Shown here piece by piece: positions 59,245 to 64,000 of a stretch of DNA of 64,000 bases. A program made the position numbers and the translations under genes. This DNA comes from a virus, in the IMG/VR virus record IMGVR_UViG_3300022602_000033. The stretch is one strand, 5' to 3'. Numbering within the stretch: the stretch's first letter is position 1; every line of letters begins with the position of its first letter. The notes under the pieces were generated by a model. That model worked only from the letters and a program-made list of their open reading frames with translations, searched no databases and was not told the DNA's origin.

Positions 59245-60978
59245 ATGGCTCTGCTGGACGAATGCCACACACTTTGGTCGCTGAAGAAACTTCGTGCTGA
59301 GCACTTAGAATCTAGCCAACACAGCCAAGAATTCGCAGATATCTCTGCTGCATTACAGATAGAACATCCCAGACAGATACTCTGGCATGCGATGAATGAT
59401 CAAAAAATACCAAATTGTGCGTGCGGCAATCCATTGGCTTGGCATGCCGATGGCCGCAAATACCGGACGTACTGCAGCAAGAGATGCACAGCAGTCCACA
59501 GCCAAAGCAAAATCAAGGCAACCAATCTTACACGCAGGGGTGTGGCTCATCACAGCCGGACGCAATCATACAGAGACAAAGTCAAGCAAACCAGCTTGAC
59601 TCGTTTTGGTAGCACTCATTACAGCAAGACCGAACAGTTCAAACACAGCGTGATCGCAGCTAACCAAGCAAGATTCGGTGTGAATCATCCAGCACAAGAT
59701 GCTGCTATACGTGCGAAGATTAACCAGACCACGTTTGATAACCACGGCGTATATAATCCCATGCACAGCCCTGAGATAAAAGCCAAACAAGCAGCCACTA
59801 ACATGGCTAGATATGGTAAATCCAACCCGTTGGGTGCAGACAGCATCAAATACAAAGTAGCAGCTACCATGATCGAACGCTATGGTCACCAGCATGCCAT
59901 GCAGGTACCAGAGATAGCAGAAGCAGCGGGCCAAAAGCGTAAGCTCAATCACTATTCAGCGTATGCATATGAGAAGATACACGACAGAGCTTGGCTGTCA
60001 GAACAAAACCAATCCGGCAAGAGCATAGGTGAGATAGCCGACGAACTGGGCGTCAGCAGCAGCAATCTCTGCAAGTACTTCCATCATTATGGTTTAGACA
60101 TCAAGAAACACTTCCGCAGTGCCATGGAAAGAGACATTGCTCAGCATCTGGAAGAACTGGGCATTGATATTGTCTGCAACAACAGGCGTGTGATATCGCC
60201 GTTCGAGATAGACATATGGATACCAAATGCCAAGCTAGGTATAGAGCTCAACGGTGCATATTATCACAGCGAGCTGCAAGGTAAGCTACAAGATTATCAT
60301 CTAAGCAAGACCAATGCTGCAGCACAAGCTGGTATTAATCTGTTGCAGTTCTTTGACTGGGAAGTGTTTGCCAAACGCCCAATCATACTGGATAAGATAG
60401 ATCATGCGCTGGGTCTTAATGCCAGCATAGGAGCTAGAAATCTCACGCTAGCAACCGTAGATAAGCAAACAGCATGGAAGTTCTTTGAGGATAACCACTT
60501 GCAGGGTGCATGTCCTGCCAGCATGACGCTAGGACTGTTTGATCAAGACGGCAAGCTCCTATCTGCTATGAGCTTTGGTAAGAGCAGATATAATAAGAAA
60601 TATCAGTATGAACTGCTGAGATTCTGCTGTGCACTGGGACTATCGGTGCCAGGTGCAGCCAGCAGATTATTGAAAAGATTCTCAACGGAAACATCAAGAA
60701 CAGGCGAGAAAATCGTGAGCTATTGCAACCGGCGGTGGAGCAACGGTGGTTTGTATGAAAAGCTGGGCTTCATACACACCCATATAACACCCCCCGGATA
60801 TTATTACATCCAGCGCAACGGACAGTATGCAGGGACCAGGCAACAATGGCAGAAACATCTGTTGAGAGACAAGTTGCCAATCTTTGACGAGACTCTCAGC
60901 GAAGCCGATAACATGTCGGCCAACGGTTATACCAGAGTCTGGGATTGCGGACAGCTGGTTTATGAGCTGACCACTTGA
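59245..60978 (+). mobile_element. Free-standing Hef-like homing endonuclease
   Basis: Zn-finger (CACG...YCSKRC), repeated T...RYG..H units, nuclease motif EIDIWIP..LGIELNG.YYH, and a C-terminal NHLQG...ELLRFC...ASRLL...LY..LGF domain. Confidence 0.75.
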
Positions 60979-61011
60979 TCATTCTGTGCTGATGCCGTAA
61001 CATACTAGTGC

Positions 61012-62031
61012 ATGGCAAAAGACATAGATTTTTCAAAGACAGTGTACTTCACAGATCTGCATTATGGTCTCCGCAACAACAGCAGAGAACACAATGCCAG
61101 CTGTGAGCAGTTCATCGAATGGATGATTGAGCAAGCCGAAGAATGGGGCAGCAAGAACTGCATTTTTGGCGGCGATTGGCATCATAATCGCAGCGTTATC
61201 AACGTGAGCACGCTCAATTACTCAGTGAGCGGACTCAAGAAACTCAACGATTATTTTGATAACACATTCTTCTTGCTGGGCAATCACGATCTGTTCTACA
61301 GAGACAAGTATGAGATCCACAGCATACCGTACATCAAGGAATTCCCCAACATCCACTTGATCGAGACACAGCAAGTGTTCGACGGCGTTAGCTTCGTGCC
61401 GTGGATGGTCGGTGACGATTGGAAGTCAGTTCCGGGAATAAAGGCTCCTTATCTGTTTGGACACTTTGAGCTACCTCGCTTCAAGATGAATGCCATGGTA
61501 GAGATGCCAGACCACGGATTGCTGAACGAGACACACTTTGCTAACCAACAGCAGGTGTTTACTGGACATTTCCACAAGCGACAGAATCGTGGCAAGATAT
61601 GGTACACAGGCAACTGCTTCCCGCATGATTATTCAGATGCCTGGGACGATAATCGAGGCATCATGCTCTGGGAACCAGGCAAAGATCCAACGTTTAAAGC
61701 ATGGCCGGGTGCTCCCAAGTATCGCGTGGCACCACTCAGCAAGGTATTAGAGGATCCAGAAGCAGTGATTGACCACAAGACCTATGCTCGCATCGCAGTT
61801 GACCTTGATATTAGCTACGAAGAAGCCAACTTCCTCAAGGAACTGTTTGAGCGCGAGCTTGACGCTCGAGAAGTCAACCTACAGGTTGCTAAAGCAGACG
61901 CACAGGGTGCCATACCAGAAGATGGTATCAACTTTGAAAGCGTGGACACCATCGTGATCAGCCACCTACAGAGCATAGAATCCAACACCATAGATCGGCA
62001 GCAGTTGATCCAGATCTATCAGAGCATATGA
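61012..62031 (+). CDS. Recombination endonuclease subunit (gp47/Mre11/SbcD-like)
   Basis: FTDLH, GGDWHH, LGNHD, GHFE and TGHFH phosphoesterase motifs. Confidence 0.92.
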   Translation: MAKDIDFSKTVYFTDLHYGLRNNSREHNASCEQFIEWMIEQAEEWGSKNCIFGGDWHHNRSVINVSTLNYSVSGLKKLNDYFDNTFFLLGNHDLFYRDKYEIHSIPYIKEFPNIHLIETQQVFDGVSFVPWMVGDDWKSVPGIKAPYLFGHFELPRFKMNAMVEMPDHGLLNETHFANQQQVFTGHFHKRQNRGKIWYTGNCFPHDYSDAWDDNRGIMLWEPGKDPTFKAWPGAPKYRVAPLSKVLEDPEAVIDHKTYARIAVDLDISYEEANFLKELFERELDAREVNLQVAKADAQGAIPEDGINFESVDTIVISHLQSIESNTIDRQQLIQIYQSI

Positions 62032-62032
62032 T

Positions 62033-63817
62033 ATGTTGAAGATCAAATCAGTTTCACTCAAGAACTTCTTATCAGTTGGCGCAGTTACACAAGCAGTTGA
62101 CTTAGATCGCAACGGATTAACCTTAGTATTAGGTGACAATCTAGATCTGGGTGGTAATGGTTCGCGCAACGGTGTAGGCAAGAGCACCATACTGCAAGCC
62201 ATCAGCTACGGCCTGTATGGCGAAGCACTGACCAACATCAAGCGAGATAACCTGGTCAACAAGATCAACGGCAAGAACATGGCCGTGAGCATCGAGTTTG
62301 AACTCAATGGTCACACTCACAAGATAGAGCGCGGCCGCAGGCCACAGTTCTTCCGCTGGATGGTTGACGACGAGAGCAAGGTAGGCGAAGAAGCCACTGA
62401 TGAAGCGCAGGGCGATGCTCGTGACAGCCAGAAAGACATCGTCAAGCTCATAGGCATGAGCCACACGCTGTTCAAGCACATCGTGGCACTGAACACCTAT
62501 ACAGAGCCTTTCTTGGCCATGGGTGCTGCCAAGCAGCGCGAGATCATCGAAGAACTGTTGGGCATCACGCTGCTGAGCCAGAAGGCTGAGAATCTCAAGG
62601 AACTGATCAAGAACACCAAGACTGACATTGATCAGGAAGAGTTTCGCATACGCACTGTGAAAACTGCCAACGACAAGATAGCCAAGACCATCGAGGATCT
62701 ACAGAACAAGATCAACACCTGGGATCACAAGCATCTACAAGAGATTGCTACTCTGGAAGCTGCTATTGAGCAGCTAGAGCTGCTGGATATTGAATCTGAG
62801 CTTGACAACCACAAGCTGGTAGAAACACACAAGGAACTGGGCAAGGCGCTCACACAGCTGCGCAAGGATCAGAGCCTCAAGCACAGGCATGCCAGCCAGC
62901 TGACCACTCAGTTGAACGGACTGCTTACTCAGTTTGAACGTGCCAGTGTGCACAAGCAATGTCCCATGTGCGAACAGCAGATCAAAGACCACAAGCACGA
63001 AGACATCATAGGCGAGCTTGAAGGTAAGATTGCCACATTGGATCAGCAGGTCAATGCTGAGAACCAAGAAGTTGCCGATCTACAAGCTCAGATCAACGAA
63101 GTTGAACCTGTTTACACAGCTATGGGCACACCGCAGACTTTCTATCCCACGCTGCGAGAAGCAGTGAATCACAAGAGCACAGTGGAATCTCTGCACAAGG
63201 ATCTGGTCAAGGAACGTGCTGCTGAGAATCCGTACCTTGATCAGGCAGACAGCTTACAGAGTACAGTACAGGAAGTCAGCTATGATCATCTCAACAGTTT
63301 GGTAAAGAGCCGAGAGCATCAAGAGTTCTTGCTCAAGCTGCTGACCAACAAGGACAGCTTCATACGCAAGCGCATCATTGATCAGAATCTGGCTTACTTG
63401 AACAGCAGATTGAACGATTATCTGGACAAGCTGGGCCTACCTCACAGCGTGAAGTTCCTCAATGATCTCACCACAGAGATCAGCTTGCTTGGACAGGATC
63501 TAGACTTTGACAATCTATCACGCGGCGAACGCACGCGTCTCATCCTTGGATTGAGCTGGAGCTTCCGTGACATATTCGAAAACATGAACCAAGCAATCAA
63601 CCTGTTGTTCGTTGATGAATTGCTGGACAGCGGGCTGGATCCTGCTGGTCTGGAAGGTTCAGTTGCTGTGCTCAAACGCATGGAACGCGAGCGTGGCAAG
63701 AACGTGTTCGTGATATCGCACAGGGAAGAGCTCATAACTCGTGTCAGTAACGTGCTAAGCGTGATTAAAGAAGGAGGATTTACCACCTTCAGCTATGAAC
63801 ATGAGATAATTACCTGA
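62033..63817 (+). CDS. Recombination ATPase subunit (gp46/Rad50/SbcC-like)
   Basis: KNFLSVG, Walker A NGVGKST, Zn hook CPMC, signature LSRGE, Walker B LFVDE and ISH motifs. Confidence 0.93.
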   Translation: MLKIKSVSLKNFLSVGAVTQAVDLDRNGLTLVLGDNLDLGGNGSRNGVGKSTILQAISYGLYGEALTNIKRDNLVNKINGKNMAVSIEFELNGHTHKIERGRRPQFFRWMVDDESKVGEEATDEAQGDARDSQKDIVKLIGMSHTLFKHIVALNTYTEPFLAMGAAKQREIIEELLGITLLSQKAENLKELIKNTKTDIDQEEFRIRTVKTANDKIAKTIEDLQNKINTWDHKHLQEIATLEAAIEQLELLDIESELDNHKLVETHKELGKALTQLRKDQSLKHRHASQLTTQLNGLLTQFERASVHKQCPMCEQQIKDHKHEDIIGELEGKIATLDQQVNAENQEVADLQAQINEVEPVYTAMGTPQTFYPTLREAVNHKSTVESLHKDLVKERAAENPYLDQADSLQSTVQEVSYDHLNSLVKSREHQEFLLKLLTNKDSFIRKRIIDQNLAYLNSRLNDYLDKLGLPHSVKFLNDLTTEISLLGQDLDFDNLSRGERTRLILGLSWSFRDIFENMNQAINLLFVDELLDSGLDPAGLEGSVAVLKRMERERGKNVFVISHREELITRVSNVLSVIKEGGFTTFSYEHEIIT

Positions 63818-63889
63818 TGGCGGTTAACGAAAGAAAAAATAATCCAAAATAAGCTACAGTATTATAAATACTCGATAGCGGAGTTTATT

Positions 63890-64000
63890 ATGGATTATGG
63901 ACATTGGCAATATTCAAAAGAATTCAACTCCGACGATTGGTTTGGATTTGTCTATAGGATAGTTGATCTAACCAACAACATGGAATATATAGGCAAAAAA
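63890..64000 (+). CDS. GIY-YIG endonuclease, 3'-partial
   Basis: MDYGHW...FGFVYRIVDLTNNMEYIGKK; preceded by TATAAATA and a GGAG SD. Confidence 0.75.
   Translation, partial: MDYGHWQYSKEFNSDDWFGFVYRIVDLTNNMEYIGKK

Noticed and set aside
1-64000. CRISPR array, tRNA or rRNA genes
   Set aside because: No regularly spaced direct repeats or cloverleaf/T-loop signatures were seen, and intergenic gaps are short and mostly explained by promoters or hairpins. This was a visual check only.
1-64000. Stop-codon reassignment, as in some jumbo phages
   Set aside because: Conserved genes are intact in the standard code, and TAA, TGA and TAG all end genes at sensible positions.

Overview
This window is a 64-kb segment of a T4-like jumbo myophage genome, read with the standard genetic code and about 45-50% GC by eye. 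There are three transcription blocks. (1) 1-20019 (+): the end of a virion fibre gene; a 7-deazaguanine DNA-modification region (QueD-like protein with an LxxxHRHxF motif, GT-B glycosyltransferase, TGT/DpdA-like transglycosylase, FolE, QueD, QueE, with no QueC in the window) interrupted by an antisense HNH endonuclease; RNase H; a MoxR-vWA pair; and small early genes. (2) 20056-57189 (-): baseplate/tail genes (gp48/54-, gp53-, hub-, gp5-, gp25- and gp6-like, plus a 3692-aa protein); an 11-kb cluster of glycosyltransferase-like, methyltransferase-like and radical SAM genes; ThyX; and an APS-kinase-like/nucleotidyltransferase pair. (3) 57335-64000 (+): a gp55-like late sigma factor containing a LAGLIDADG intein, a Hef-like endonuclease, gp47, gp46 and a partial GIY-YIG gene. 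The best candidates for new biology are a possibly glycosylated 7-deazaguanine hypermodification pathway, a preQ1-I-like riboswitch candidate between folE and queD, the large glycan-tailoring cluster, and strong GATC/AGCT enrichment. All assignments come from motif recognition by eye; no searches were run.
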